A stretch of DNA of 64,000 nucleotides. Source: Halocafeteria seosinensis (taxonomy: Eukaryota). Under the pieces are notes generated by a model, which did not search any database, was not told the DNA's origin, and saw only the letters and a list, made by a program, of their open reading frames with translations. The stretch lies in contig LVLI01000176.1 of assembly GCA_001687465.1 (NCBI GenBank), positions 1-64,000 of the forward strand, given 5' to 3'. Below are positions 1 to 11,230 of this stretch, one piece after another. How positions within the stretch are numbered: position 1 is the first letter of the stretch; each line of letters starts with the position of its first letter. The position numbers were made by a program, and so were the translations under genes.

Positions 1-70
1 CCAGTGCTGTGTTCCCCCACGGCGCATGTCAGCAAGGCTGCAGGAACAGCGGGCCCGTCGCTGCTTAACA

Positions 71-149
71 CGGGCGCTTACCGCTCCTCGTTAAGAGGAT
101 GTGGTCAACTTCCCGGCCGGTGGGCTATCTGTCACATTTGTGTGTGTGT
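71..149 (+). mobile_element. 3' end of a non-LTR retroposon (SINE or truncated LINE), copy 1; probably extends 5' to or beyond the window start
   Basis: 71-137 matches 2051-2117 at 63/67 nt and ends GGGCTATCTGTCACAT followed by a (GT)n tail. No upstream TSD is visible in the window. Confidence 0.75.
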
Positions 150-1022
150 ACTACAGGAAGCTGGTGATGTCTCGGCTAAGCCTGTGCTTGATGAGAGAGA
201 ACGTCAAAATGATCCGGCATTTCGTGACTACCGTGCAATTTGAAACGTAAGTAGAATAGTATCTATTCATGTTACACCCCATCCCGCCGTCAATCGTTCA
301 CCATGGTTGGTTTGAGAAAAATATCGACCGTAACGAAATAAGAATACCGGTACCGTTGCTAAATAGGATTCATGCTAAATATTGAAGAGGAATAAATATT
401 CACCAACATTATACCGTTGTACAGCGTAGCATGTGGCGTCATAGTGGCCCAATGTGAGGCTCAATTCGTCTCGAAAGAATGCTCCAGGTGACCAAGAGTT
501 ACAGAAGCGGAGATACGACTTAGCCCCAGAAACATGCACATTTTCCCCCCTCCAATAATACCGTATTATATACCATCAGATGCGTAATTTTACGCTGATT
601 CCAAATCATGTACTTATATGATACCATTGTAAGTATGAAGCAAGATACAGGGATTTTTCTAATTTTTGTACCCTTTCCTGCCCGAAATTTGAAAAATCCC
701 CTAAACGAGGCAAAGGGAGTGATTATTAAATTTAATAAAAAAAAATCGCGGGCGTTAGAGGATACCATCAAGTCGGACCTTCAACGTACCTGTTGCTCAA
801 TATATAGCCCATAGAGGAGGAGTAAGGACACAGAGTTTATTCTAGGCTAAATTAAACTGCAACCTTTGTATATGGCCTCATCAAGGGGATTATGGTGGCC
901 CAAGTCAGGAGTTGAGAGTTGGTACGTGTGTCTTGGTGTATTGCTCCTCCCAGAAGACGTGTCTGCTACAGGCTACGCTACGCTGTGTGAGGGGTAAACC
1001 CTACCCGGAACCGGTTCAACAN

Positions 1023-1440
1023 CTTCCCGTTGTGGCGCATCAACGTGACTGACAGTTTCTAACCCGCCGTACATTGGAAGTTCACGAAAGTACTCTGAAG
1101 TGCGGAGGGGAATGTGCACATGTGACAAGGTGCATAGACAGCAGACTGATTGTATGCTTACCTACAGCACCGGATTTAAGAACCCGGGGAATTACTCCGA
1201 GCACTCGGCAAACAGTCTCTCCACTTCTGCCCGCCGAAGATACCGGTTCCCCTCACGAACGAAGTTTGGAATACCGGATGTCTCTTCTGTGCCTAGAACT
1301 TGTTATATGTCCTGAGACGCAGTTTCGGCTGCGTCTTCGCCTCCAGTTGCAGATGGCTTTTGGCTTTCGCACTCGTTGATTGGGAACCTCCACTTGCGTC
1401 CGCTGCTGCCTCCCCCTGGGCTTCTCTATTTACCTGTGTA
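1023..1440 (-). pseudogene. Possible decayed intron-containing gene fragment
   Basis: The minus strand reads SATGGEDAAETASQDI*QVLGTEETSGIPNFVREGNRYLRRAEVERLFAECSE*FPGFLNPVL*, then a GTAAGC...CTTCAG intron-like segment, then EYFRELPMYGGLETV. In-frame stops and a phase mismatch are present; no family recognised. Confidence 0.25.
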
Positions 1441-2050
1441 GTGTACTGGGAAAGTCCCGAGATATTAATAAGAGCCGCTGCATCATATACCGTTTATGTC
1501 GTATAATTTCGCCTGAAAATGGGGCGATGCATCATTCGATTCACTGGCTACTTCCTGCTCCTCGTCCAAGGAGGTATCCGATAGAGCCGAGTCATGAGTG
1601 GATATACCTTGGTAGTGGGATGAATGAACAGCGTATGTAGCGTGTATACTGTCTTATCCGCTTGTATTATGGTGTCAATTGATGAATAGGACAAATCTAA
1701 AACCAACAGATTTGTGAAAGATAAATTTACAGTAGGGGTCGCACAGACAAATCTGAAATTGTCTCAACAACTCAGATAATTCTGGAATTTTCACTTCAGG
1801 AAATACGATCTTGTCCGTATGTTCGCAACGGAATTTGCCCTCGAGGATGGAGTAGTGCAAACACACAGGTGTTGCAGCACCGTTACGACAGCACAGATTG
1901 TACTACAGAATGACGACGGGAACTATCCTGATGTAGCGGTTTAGATTCCAATCCACTCAAAACTGGGGGCACGCGTCCTAATCATTGAGTCAGACGGTGT
2001 GAATAAATCAATACATCGTGGCCATATGAGTTCTCCAAATATTCAGTACT

Positions 2051-2148
2051 CGGGCGCATACCGCTCCTCGTTAAGAGGATGCGGTCAGCTCCCCGGCCGG
2101 TGGGCTATCTGTCACATACCAATATACCAATATGTATGTGTGTGTGTG
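2051..2148 (+). mobile_element. 5'-truncated retroposon copy 2 with 9-bp target-site duplication
   Basis: Flanked by TTCAGTACT at 2042-2050 and 2149-2157. Same body as copy 1. The tail is (ACCAATAT)x2 then GTAT(GT)n. Confidence 0.85.
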
Positions 2149-2925
2149 TTCAGTACTTCGCTGCATTTGTCCCCTTACCAACCACCACGTTGAGGGAGCA
2201 ATACTAATACACACCAGTTTGTTCTTAGTACGGCGCTTTACACGATCCATACTTCAAATCAGTGGCATGACATCATTAGCTCATTATGTCCTTATGACTT
2301 CCTCATTTTAAGCTAGGGTCGACTCACGATTCCAGTAAAANCATGCATGCAATACAGTTAAAAATCCAATCCAAATCCTACAGTAGTAGTGTGTATTATT
2401 TATGGCCTACCGACTACAAGTGGCAATGTAGTTCGGGGATCTTCACGCCGTCGAAGATCTCCCTGCAATGCCAGCTCAGCTCCGGAGATCACACTTCAAT
2501 CCCCACATTTCCGTAGACATGCCCCATAAGTACATCTCTCTCAAAAAACAACCTCCAAATTATATTGGTTCACTGAAGCCAGGCAGCTTGCAGCCGCAAC
2601 TGGCCAAACTGTGAAGTACACTGCGCGCGTTTTCCTCCACAGTTCATCCAATACGACCCAATACAGCTCGGTCTGCTGCAGTTGAGTGGATGATAATTTG
2701 GCCCTTGTAAATAGACTTTGAGATTGTAAATGTTTCCCCCAAACTGTATTTAATCATGATTTGAGTGAATACGCGAACAATAAGCGTCCTCACTGCTCGC
2801 TAACGTTATCTGTCCATTGCGCCATTGCAGCGCCAAAGTATCGTAAACATCTTCTATTGCCAGCCTAGGTTAGGACCGAATTCGGACGAGCTATTCGCTT
2901 GATTCTCCCTTAGAATTCAAGAACA

Positions 2926-4709
2926 ATGAGCACGGATGGAAGCGATGGACCACCGACAGCTGGATCAGCACCCCTGGTTCCTGCACCAGACTCGAAGCGA
3001 GGAGGCATGCCCACTTCAACACCAGCAGCGAGTTCTTCCGGTGTATTTATGCCGAGAAGACCGGGAGAAGGTGCGTACACACAACGATAATCGTAGTGAA
3101 AGGCTGCTGTTTTAAAGCAGTGTTGGTATTCGTTTGCAGCCGAGCATTCCAACTCTGTGTCGACGAAAGAAACAGCCAAACAAGCACGTGATCGAAGAGG
3201 TGTTTTCATCACGGGAGGAGCGTGGTCTGCAAATGAAGCTATTGACCCAAAAGGATACGATATCGAATTCAAAGAGCGATATGTGAGTTTGTGTGAGGCT
3301 CCAACCAATTGTGCCAGAGACCATGGATTTGCATTCACTCGTACCGCAGAGATATGGGAAGGCAGTCTGTAAGCCAAGCAATTTCGCTGTTGCGATAACG
3401 AAACATAAACGTTGGTTGAGGAACTTACAAAAGCAAAGGAAGCAGTTACAGGAAGAACAGAGACGGATAGAAGAGGAAAAGGCTGAGCGGCGTCGTAGGG
3501 TATGTCGATTCCCAAGCATTGAGTTATTTACAATTCGGTTGCAACTCTTTCGAAATACTTTGTTTCAGTTCATGCGAGCATCTATGGAATTTTACGATAT
3601 AGTGACCGGTAAAAAGGAGAGTAATGAGAACAATGGTAGTGTATCCGAACACAAGGTGGATGACTCAGAGATCCAGGAGCAAGACAAGCGGCATGGGCGG
3701 GTGATGAGTGAGCTGAACAGAAATTCTCCAACCAAAATATTGAAGGAAAAAGGCACTCGTCGGCAGGGCAAAAGGAAGACGTCGGAAAAGCCTCCTGCGT
3801 GGTATGTGGGGGTGAATGTACCTTTGAATCCCTCCCCGGCCGCATTTAACCTGGTGTGTACAGGGCTTGGACGGAGGAGAAGAAGGAAGCGGAAGAAGAC
3901 AAGGAAGCTGAAGAACTAGTCAATTTTGCGGAGAATTTGGATTTCGAGAATGATATGGCAGATTTGGAAGACGAAGCGACTTCGCAATCGGTAGGTTTTT
4001 TTAGCATCATGTGTGGTATCATGCAAGTTTTGACACATGCATGATGCAGGTGCGGAAGAGGCTGGAAGAAATAGACAGAGATGTCCGAGAATACGAGTCC
4101 CGCGAGAAGCAACTAGAGAGAAAAGTCAACGAAGACTACGAATATGAATATGACACCGTTTACTTGAATGAAGACGAGCTGCAAAATGCTGAGTTTCGTG
4201 CCGACGGTACTGAATGGGAATGGCTCGAAGAGACACAGAACGATGACAACAAACAGGAAAGCCGCGGCTGGGTCGATGCCGGTTGTGATGAGCAAGGCAA
4301 AAGGATATACAAGCGCATGAGACGACGACTCCGCCCTAAACAACCCAGCATTTCAGCAGACGGTCAGCCTTACCCAGTTAACATCGAAGAGCACAAGAAT
4401 GACGACGACATCGAGAGTGTAGCGAAGAGTGCTATGTCCCATGGGAGCGTGCGTTCCGTTCATTCCAAACAGTCCCTCAATGCCCTTGTTGTCCGAGAGA
4501 AAGAGGAACGAAAGAGGAATCAGCAAGAACAGCTGCAGCAACAGTCGTCTTCCTCGGCTGCCATGGGAGAGGAGCAACCGAAATATCACGAGGAAGAGAG
4601 CCCCTCTGTACCTCGTCTATCCATCGTCAATGAAAGCAAGGAGGCTCGCGAAAATAAGAAAAATTACGTGAGCAACCTTCCTTATCAACATAGGAATCCT
4701 GCAATTTGA
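2926..4709 (+). CDS. Multi-exon hypothetical coiled-coil protein
   Basis: ATG at 2926. The ORF pieces 3157, 3293, 3856 and 4011 join through GT-AG introns (e.g. KPPAW|AWTEE...FAENLDFE). Ends NLPYQHRNPAI*. Function unknown. Confidence 0.7.
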
Positions 4710-4780
4710 GCGTAGCCTTCCAGGTTGAAGTTTTATAGTTCAGCAGCGAATTTGGGCCCAAATTTTGGGGTCCAATAACG

Positions 4781-5132
4781 TCATGTGTCCTTTTTCGTCT
4801 CTGCGTTCCCTCCTTCTTCTTTGGCTTCCTGTTGCTGTTGTTGCATCTGGAATTTCAAGGGAACTCTTTCTTCAATACCCAGCAACTCCTTGAGAAGTCC
4901 TGAGCGCAACAGGATAAAGCGATAGACCAAAAACCATCCTGCATGTACAATATCGCGTTTATGATCACCAATATAACATGCCACATGGACACCACGCGTA
5001 CATACCAATGGAAAGAATTACTGTAACCACTGTGAGACTTAGAAGGCAATAGGCCAGAGCATGGCCGAAATATTGCAGTGGGGGCGTCGTGGGAAGGCCA
5101 ATAGGTCCATGATCACTTGTATTGGCATTCAT
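4781..5132 (-). CDS. Small single-pass membrane protein, SMIM13/DUF4750-like (2 exons)
   Basis: ATG 5132; intron 4939-5005 (GTATGT...TGCAG). The spliced protein has ...LLSLTVVTVILSIGWFLVYRFILLRSGLLKELLG, resembling the SMIM13 GWxxVWxxFLxxxxxLRELxG pattern. Confidence 0.7.
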
Positions 5133-5195
5133 ACTATCTTTCCTTGTATTATACAGCTCTTATTCCTCCGTTGTTGCTACTATACGGGAGAAAGA

Positions 5196-8060
5196 ATGGA
5201 GCAAGACGAGGATTCCTTCTTGTTTGCGGATTTCTTTCAATCCAAGTCTAATGAACGCAATAAGTTATCCGCGGCGACAAAGGAAGAACATGAAGACAAT
5301 GCTGCAGATGGATATGGAGAGAATGTAGAAGATGATGATATTCTAAGTGGAAGCAAAGGAAAGAAGAATGCTTCTCCAAGACATGAGGAATCGAGCGCAG
5401 AAGAAGAGATTTTCGGCGGACCTCATCACCCCGATGCCGCAGCTGGCATAGATACAGATTGCTTCGAGGCCTTCCGAGAACTCACCGAGGAACAACTGGG
5501 GGAAAGACTACCTCCAGAAGAGAGCAATCAGGCGCCAGAAGCCGAAAAGAATCCTGTGGATTCGTTTTCTCAGCAGCTAGAAGGAGGTGAATTCAACACG
5601 GAGGAGAATGCACCACAAGAAGAGGTGCAGGCGCCCCTACAGGGAGAGGACTCGTATTTGGAGGAAACACAGAAGGATTCCTATGATGCTGGTAGCTCGA
5701 CGGGGACGGAATACGCACCGATTGCTGGCCATAAAATGCATGCGGGGCCACTTCTCCCCAAGAATATGGCAGTTCGAGAGCGTCTACCAGCTGCGGCTGT
5801 ATCCCCTGTCATGTATCAGGTCAACCAGCAATACGTAAAAGAAAATTGTGCTTCCGAGATGTCCCAGGCACTGTTTGAGTACAGGCGCGATAATACCCTG
5901 ACACAGCTACAGGAACAACTTGTACCGTGTCTGTCAGAGAAAAAGAAGATAAAGAATTACTCCTTCTACTTCATTCTCCCTTTGCGAGTAGATCTATCGG
6001 ACAGTGTGATACTACAATCGTTTAAAGACGCTGCTGAACGTTGTTTGTTATCGTGCGTCTACTCCACGGCAAATTCTTGCGTGCTACAGCAGCGAGTGAG
6101 AATTGGAAAGTCCCAGCTGAATGCTTACTCGCAGCGCCTAGCAAGACAAATTTATAGTTTTTCAAGTTCATCAGACGGGAAGCAGTATTTTCCTTCCATC
6201 GAAGCATCTAGTGACGATCCCTTGAATTCTCCAAGTAGTTCGCAGTGGGGACACACAGAGTATGTTAACACACTGTCTCTGTCGATTGGAATGTCGAAAG
6301 CGAACGATAGGATATGTATTCTGTATGCATGCCAATTTCCACTCCCTCAAACAAAGAACCCCGAGAAGTTCGGAAACCTGGTTGACAAGACTGCTGGTTT
6401 TTCCTCTAAACATGACGAATTAGAGGAGGTATTTAACCGGAGTTCTACAGAGGGTGCCCTTATGACTCCGAGCACCAGTCAGAATGCTCCATCGATTCTT
6501 CCGTGGATGTTCCTTCGCTTCGCTCTCAAGACATGTCTGTCCGACGGGGAGAAGGTATGCGTGGAAGAAATGGAAAAGGCAATACCAAAGCGCTACGCGG
6601 CGGCTAACACATGTGACTGGATTGCAAGAAGTACATTTAAATCCGAGCATATTCGGGATGAACTCGTGGAGCTGACGGTGAATTTTGTTAATGGCTTGAG
6701 ATGCGAGCAAGCGAACCCCTTGGTTGAGGGTCATTGGGAAGACTTAATCAGCTCCTGTGAACACGCCCATGAACAGTCGATATCGTTTTCTGATACCCAT
6801 ATTGCGAGGATAGATAAGATTAGTGGAGACGCAATGCGGTCCCTGTATCGTTCTATATACAACCAGAAGTACCAAGAAATTGGGGAAACAGCTATGTGGT
6901 TGGAATCAGTGGCTAAATGCCATCAACAAAAGTTTATGCAAATTGCGCATGCCTTGAAGGAAACTTTTGAAGTAAACCATCTTGAATTCGTTATACCAAG
7001 TACGAAAGTGAAGATTGATGATATTGAGCTGGAGTACACAGCTCCTGGGGAAGAAGCAACCGAATATTTCTTTTCGGAAGTGAGCTCTGAACGCCTTGAG
7101 CAGCTGGATGAGAGTACTCTTGAAGGTTTAAATAATACTCAACGGCAGTTGAAGCTTATTCATGAAGAAGCTTTTCAAATTTTTCGTCAGTTTGGCGAAG
7201 CAATGGACGAAGCAGAAGCAACGATTAATGCCGAAGTGGACGCTGAAATGAAGGCTCGATTGCAGCGGAAGAGGAAACAGGTTGCTCGACGGCAACTAAA
7301 GAGTTTTTTGAACGGAAGAGAGATGATAGAACAGCTTATCAAAAAAACAACAGGAGCATCGCGAACCTTGCACAATGTAGAGCCCGCAAACATACTGGAT
7401 TCAACGTTCGGCTTAAAGAACGAAACTGTGTTGGTCGGTATTCCTGCTTACTCAGGTGGAAGACCGGGAAAGCTCATTCTAACACAGCATTATGCATGCT
7501 TCTACAGTAAGATTTTTGGTTTCTCAAACAAAGCACTGAGCATACGTTGGACCGATGTCTTGAAAGTAACTAAAGGAGAGGAATCAGTTTTCTCCCATGC
7601 CCCCTTGACGTTTCGTTGGCTAGATACTAGGGACTCATCCGGAGAAAAACCACACCCCGAAGATCCGCTCTTTGATTCATTAGATCCTCAAACGCGGCTC
7701 AATCTCCTTGAGGACGATAGCTCTTGGAGTGTGAAGTCTCTGACAGTAACTTCGAGCGAATTGTCAACAGAGATCCTCCAAACAACCGTGTTGTTTTTGA
7801 GACAGCTTCAGGTATCCCCAGATAGCAAGCACTTTTCTGTTGACATTGTGAATAACAACATCGTGGAAGAAGAAGAAGAAAACCGGAGTTTCGAGGAGAG
7901 ACAGTACCCTGAATCTTCCCGTTCGAGGGTTCATGGAGCCTCTGCCGTCGAGACCCATTCGGATCCCGAGCTGGAGGACTTGTTCAACGTTCCACAGGAA
8001 CATTCCGCCATGGAAGATGGCCAGTACTTAAGTAACATGGACGATCTTCTTGAAGTATGA
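5196..8060 (+). CDS. GRAM-domain protein with acidic N-terminus and coiled coil
   Basis: Long open frame. GRPGKLILTQHYACFYSKIFGF...IRWTDVLKVTK is GRAM-like. Start placed at MEQDED (5196) because the ORF-track start overlaps the opposite-strand gene. Confidence 0.75.
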   Translation: MEQDEDSFLFADFFQSKSNERNKLSAATKEEHEDNAADGYGENVEDDDILSGSKGKKNASPRHEESSAEEEIFGGPHHPDAAAGIDTDCFEAFRELTEEQLGERLPPEESNQAPEAEKNPVDSFSQQLEGGEFNTEENAPQEEVQAPLQGEDSYLEETQKDSYDAGSSTGTEYAPIAGHKMHAGPLLPKNMAVRERLPAAAVSPVMYQVNQQYVKENCASEMSQALFEYRRDNTLTQLQEQLVPCLSEKKKIKNYSFYFILPLRVDLSDSVILQSFKDAAERCLLSCVYSTANSCVLQQRVRIGKSQLNAYSQRLARQIYSFSSSSDGKQYFPSIEASSDDPLNSPSSSQWGHTEYVNTLSLSIGMSKANDRICILYACQFPLPQTKNPEKFGNLVDKTAGFSSKHDELEEVFNRSSTEGALMTPSTSQNAPSILPWMFLRFALKTCLSDGEKVCVEEMEKAIPKRYAAANTCDWIARSTFKSEHIRDELVELTVNFVNGLRCEQANPLVEGHWEDLISSCEHAHEQSISFSDTHIARIDKISGDAMRSLYRSIYNQKYQEIGETAMWLESVAKCHQQKFMQIAHALKETFEVNHLEFVIPSTKVKIDDIELEYTAPGEEATEYFFSEVSSERLEQLDESTLEGLNNTQRQLKLIHEEAFQIFRQFGEAMDEAEATINAEVDAEMKARLQRKRKQVARRQLKSFLNGREMIEQLIKKTTGASRTLHNVEPANILDSTFGLKNETVLVGIPAYSGGRPGKLILTQHYACFYSKIFGFSNKALSIRWTDVLKVTKGEESVFSHAPLTFRWLDTRDSSGEKPHPEDPLFDSLDPQTRLNLLEDDSSWSVKSLTVTSSELSTEILQTTVLFLRQLQVSPDSKHFSVDIVNNNIVEEEEENRSFEERQYPESSRSRVHGASAVETHSDPELEDLFNVPQEHSAMEDGQYLSNMDDLLEV

Positions 8061-8094
8061 TAAAGCCGCGGTTCAGGGTCTGCTCTCACCCCTA

Positions 8095-10438
8095 TCATAC
8101 GAACCAACCCTCCCGTTTGATGCAAAACAGCTCTTCATGCTCCGCAAACCATTCTCTAAAGTAAAGAAGTTCCACCAGGGGTTGCATTGAAAATAACGAA
8201 AGCCAAACTAGAAAGTTGCCTCGTCTACTGCCCACGAAAAAACGGCTCACTAGAACCAGAGGAATTTGAAATGTCATGCTCAGAAAAAACCATGGACGTA
8301 GCGTCTTGAAGGCAACGGAGGAGATGAGTTCATGAAAGAGCGCGGAAAAGAGGAACGTAGCAGCTGTTGCCATGCCTTTTGTGGCGTTTGCATAATGCAT
8401 TGACTCGAGATAAATGTGCCGAAGGCACCATTCGTGAACAGGTATGTTCTGCAAGCACAAAAAGGAATATTGTAAGCTACTCATAAATTGGACTCACAGC
8501 ACGCGCGCATACCCATTTTCGCCAGAATTTGTCAATCGAGGTACTGTTCCACCAGTCTGCATGTGTTTCAGGTCTGCATAAAAACAGAGCTAAGACACTT
8601 GCTGCATAGCATGTAGGTACCTTGATAGAATTCGCGATCTGGGGAAACAGTGAATATACAACATATGTAATGACGAAAACAACAGATTGGCACGTTTCGT
8701 ACGTACCTGCGAAGCGCGTCAATTCTGCTACGAGGTTTAAATAACAGTGGAAACCACAGTAGAATCCTGTTATCCAGACGACGAACGTCGGCATAGCCAA
8801 CTTCAGACAATCATACCTGCCGTCTCAGCAACAGCATAGTACTCTTAAGAGAGAAGTAAGGCATGATACAAATACATACCAAAAGGGATTCTCCCTTTCC
8901 TTTAGAACAGGCAGCATGAACTGATGAGCCACAAAGTACTGAACGAGAGAACCTAAAGTAAGTTCAGCCAGTTTTGTAACGACGTATAGCCACCTGCAAA
9001 CACAACATTTGAAACCTCAAGAATAGAGTAAATTAGCACTTGTGAACAGCAGTACATGCCTTATGCTTCCTGAGCGAGGATAGTAAGGCTCGTACACCAG
9101 TGTTGGCGCCAACAAAAAGTATGTAAAATCTCCCAAGGTCACATTTCTCGGAAAGTCTCGAACGCTTCTTGCATTAAAGTTACCAATTTCGGCGGTATTG
9201 TCTATGGGAATCTCATGAATTTCTTTGCTATCGAAGTACGTGATCTCACTGCTTTCATAGGAACTTTCTGCCTGCAGTTTGCTGTTCGAAGTTGCACGCT
9301 GAGTACCCTTCCGTCGACGAGGTCGTCGCTTTGGAGATTCATCGGGTGAGTTCTCAGTATTGGGGATGACTATTGGTTTTGTCGTCTTCTTGGGAGTTTC
9401 CCACTCACCGCCTTTGTCCTCCATCGCCGGCGATATACGAGTTTCCGTTGACGCCTGGGTCGTACATTCCTCGTGCGTAGTACTACATTGGGTGGTTGTG
9501 GTAGTCAACTCTTGGGTGTTTTGAGAGCTTGTACGCTCAGCACCAGACGTTGTTTCAGCCTTAGACTCGTGCATTCGCGACTGCTGTTGTTTCCGTTGGA
9601 TCTGTTGCTGTCGTTCCTGTTCCAACCGATGCATTTGTGTGCTTAATGCGAAATTGGTGGCAACGTAGCTGTGCGACTTCAAAGATAGCACCGCCATGAC
9701 TAAAATACTACTGGCGGTAGGGAGCGGAGCAATCTTAGTGTTATACATGACGACCAGTGGCCCTACGAACGCCACTAGTTGGACCGTGCAGTATAACGCA
9801 AGCAGTGTTCGGGATCTAATTTTACCGTGGGCGAACCACCGCGTAAAAACGTGCACAACGTACGCCAAAATGACAATACTTCCAATGAGTATTCCCGCCA
9901 ACAAGGCATCTAGCAGAAATTCCTCGCAAACAAGGGGTTCTAAACTAACCCTCCAGCCTTTCTCCACCACGTTACGAACAGTCATGTATCCAATGTTGAA
10001 CACTAGCAGTAACGCCGCCAAATTGTAGAAACCTTGAAAGGTTTCCAATCTCAGCGCTTCCAATAAATCCGTCTCTGTGTGGATTCACTCATACATACAT
10101 ACATACATGGGACACACTCGCGTCATGCTAGTATTGTAAGACGTACCATGGAATTTGTGTCGTTCCAATGCGTCTTCCCGAGGATGCGGTTCATGCGGGT
10201 ACATAGCCGGACGCGTCGCCCTCCTCTCATTGCTTCTTGAGCCATCTGCTGCTGATTTTCCTTGAGATGCATGAGTCGAGGAAGAGCCCCCATGCGCATC
10301 GGTAGCGTTGGAGGAAGAGGAGGCGAAACTGTGCTGCTGAAGGCGCTCGGCAATGCGCTGAAGATCCTCCGTGAGCTTCTCCAGTTCCCGTGGAGGGACA
10401 TATACACCCCCTTCGGGGACTTCTCGTTGCGCACTCAT
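8095..10438 (-). CDS. DGAT1: Diacylglycerol O-acyltransferase 1 / sterol O-acyltransferase family (MBOAT), multi-exon
   Basis: Motifs LKSHSY, YFLLAPTLVYEPYYPRS, AELTRFADREFYQDWWN, FWRKWNIPVHEW and FLFSALFHE assemble across introns. These include an 18-nt micro-exon and a GC-AG intron (8994-9059). Confidence 0.88.
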
Positions 10439-11230
10439 CCTTTAGAGCTATAAACGTACCCCTCGAAAAAAAAAATGTCATTTTACGTTGACAAACCAAT
10501 AAAAGACAGCTTCTTCACAAGGTTAAAACCTACTGACAGTAGGCTACTGTACCTGGTAGCCCAGCGTCGACCAGTGCCAGGTACAACACTCTTAATGTTT
10601 TCCCAGGATATGATATGACATAATGTGGTTCATTGGTGAATCAGAAACACCGCACTGTCTATTATTATTATTCGGCAATGGACATGTTTGTCATTGGATC
10701 AATACGTGTTGTAGCACACAACAGCCGTACAGGTTAGCAACGACAGTATGGAACATGTATTCCGGGACGTTATCTCCAATATCTTCACGACCTTCTATGA
10801 CATAGGGTTCCCATTCTTCTTCTCATGACTGCTCAGTCTGATAAAACCTCAACCAGCGCTGACTGCTAAGTCTTGCAAATTCCTCGCCGTATTTGCTCAT
10901 ACTGTACATTCCTTTCGGCTACACAAACTCACTCACACATCTCTTCTCTACGTATATGGCCGGTATACCTATATATACATTGTATATCAGCAGTATCCAC
11001 AGGTATACAATATGACCGATATGTCTCAGTGGTACCCGAAGAGCTATGTACAGCTTTACTAAGTATGTACACTATGAAGAAAGTTCAATGGCTCGTAAAC
11101 AAACTGGAGAGAACTGCCGTGGAGCAAAGCTCGCCCATCGTTTCGACGTAATCCTGATCCATCCGCGCATCCAAACTTTCGGCCACTTACGCTTCCATTT
11201 ACCAGGTAGGTCTCGTACATTTGAAACTGA

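Noticed and set aside
1448..1459. GGGAAAGTCCCG as RNase MRP CR-I
   Set aside because: No properly placed complementary CR-V or CR-IV downstream. It shows that CR-I-like matches arise by chance.
1022..2341. Single N bases at 1022 and 2341 as biological signals
   Set aside because: Most likely assembly ambiguities or joins. They only limit confidence in local adjacency.
5061..5195. N-terminal 45 codons of the 999-aa ORF
   Set aside because: They partly overlap exon 1 of the opposite-strand SMIM13-like gene and differ in composition; ATG 5196 is more plausible.
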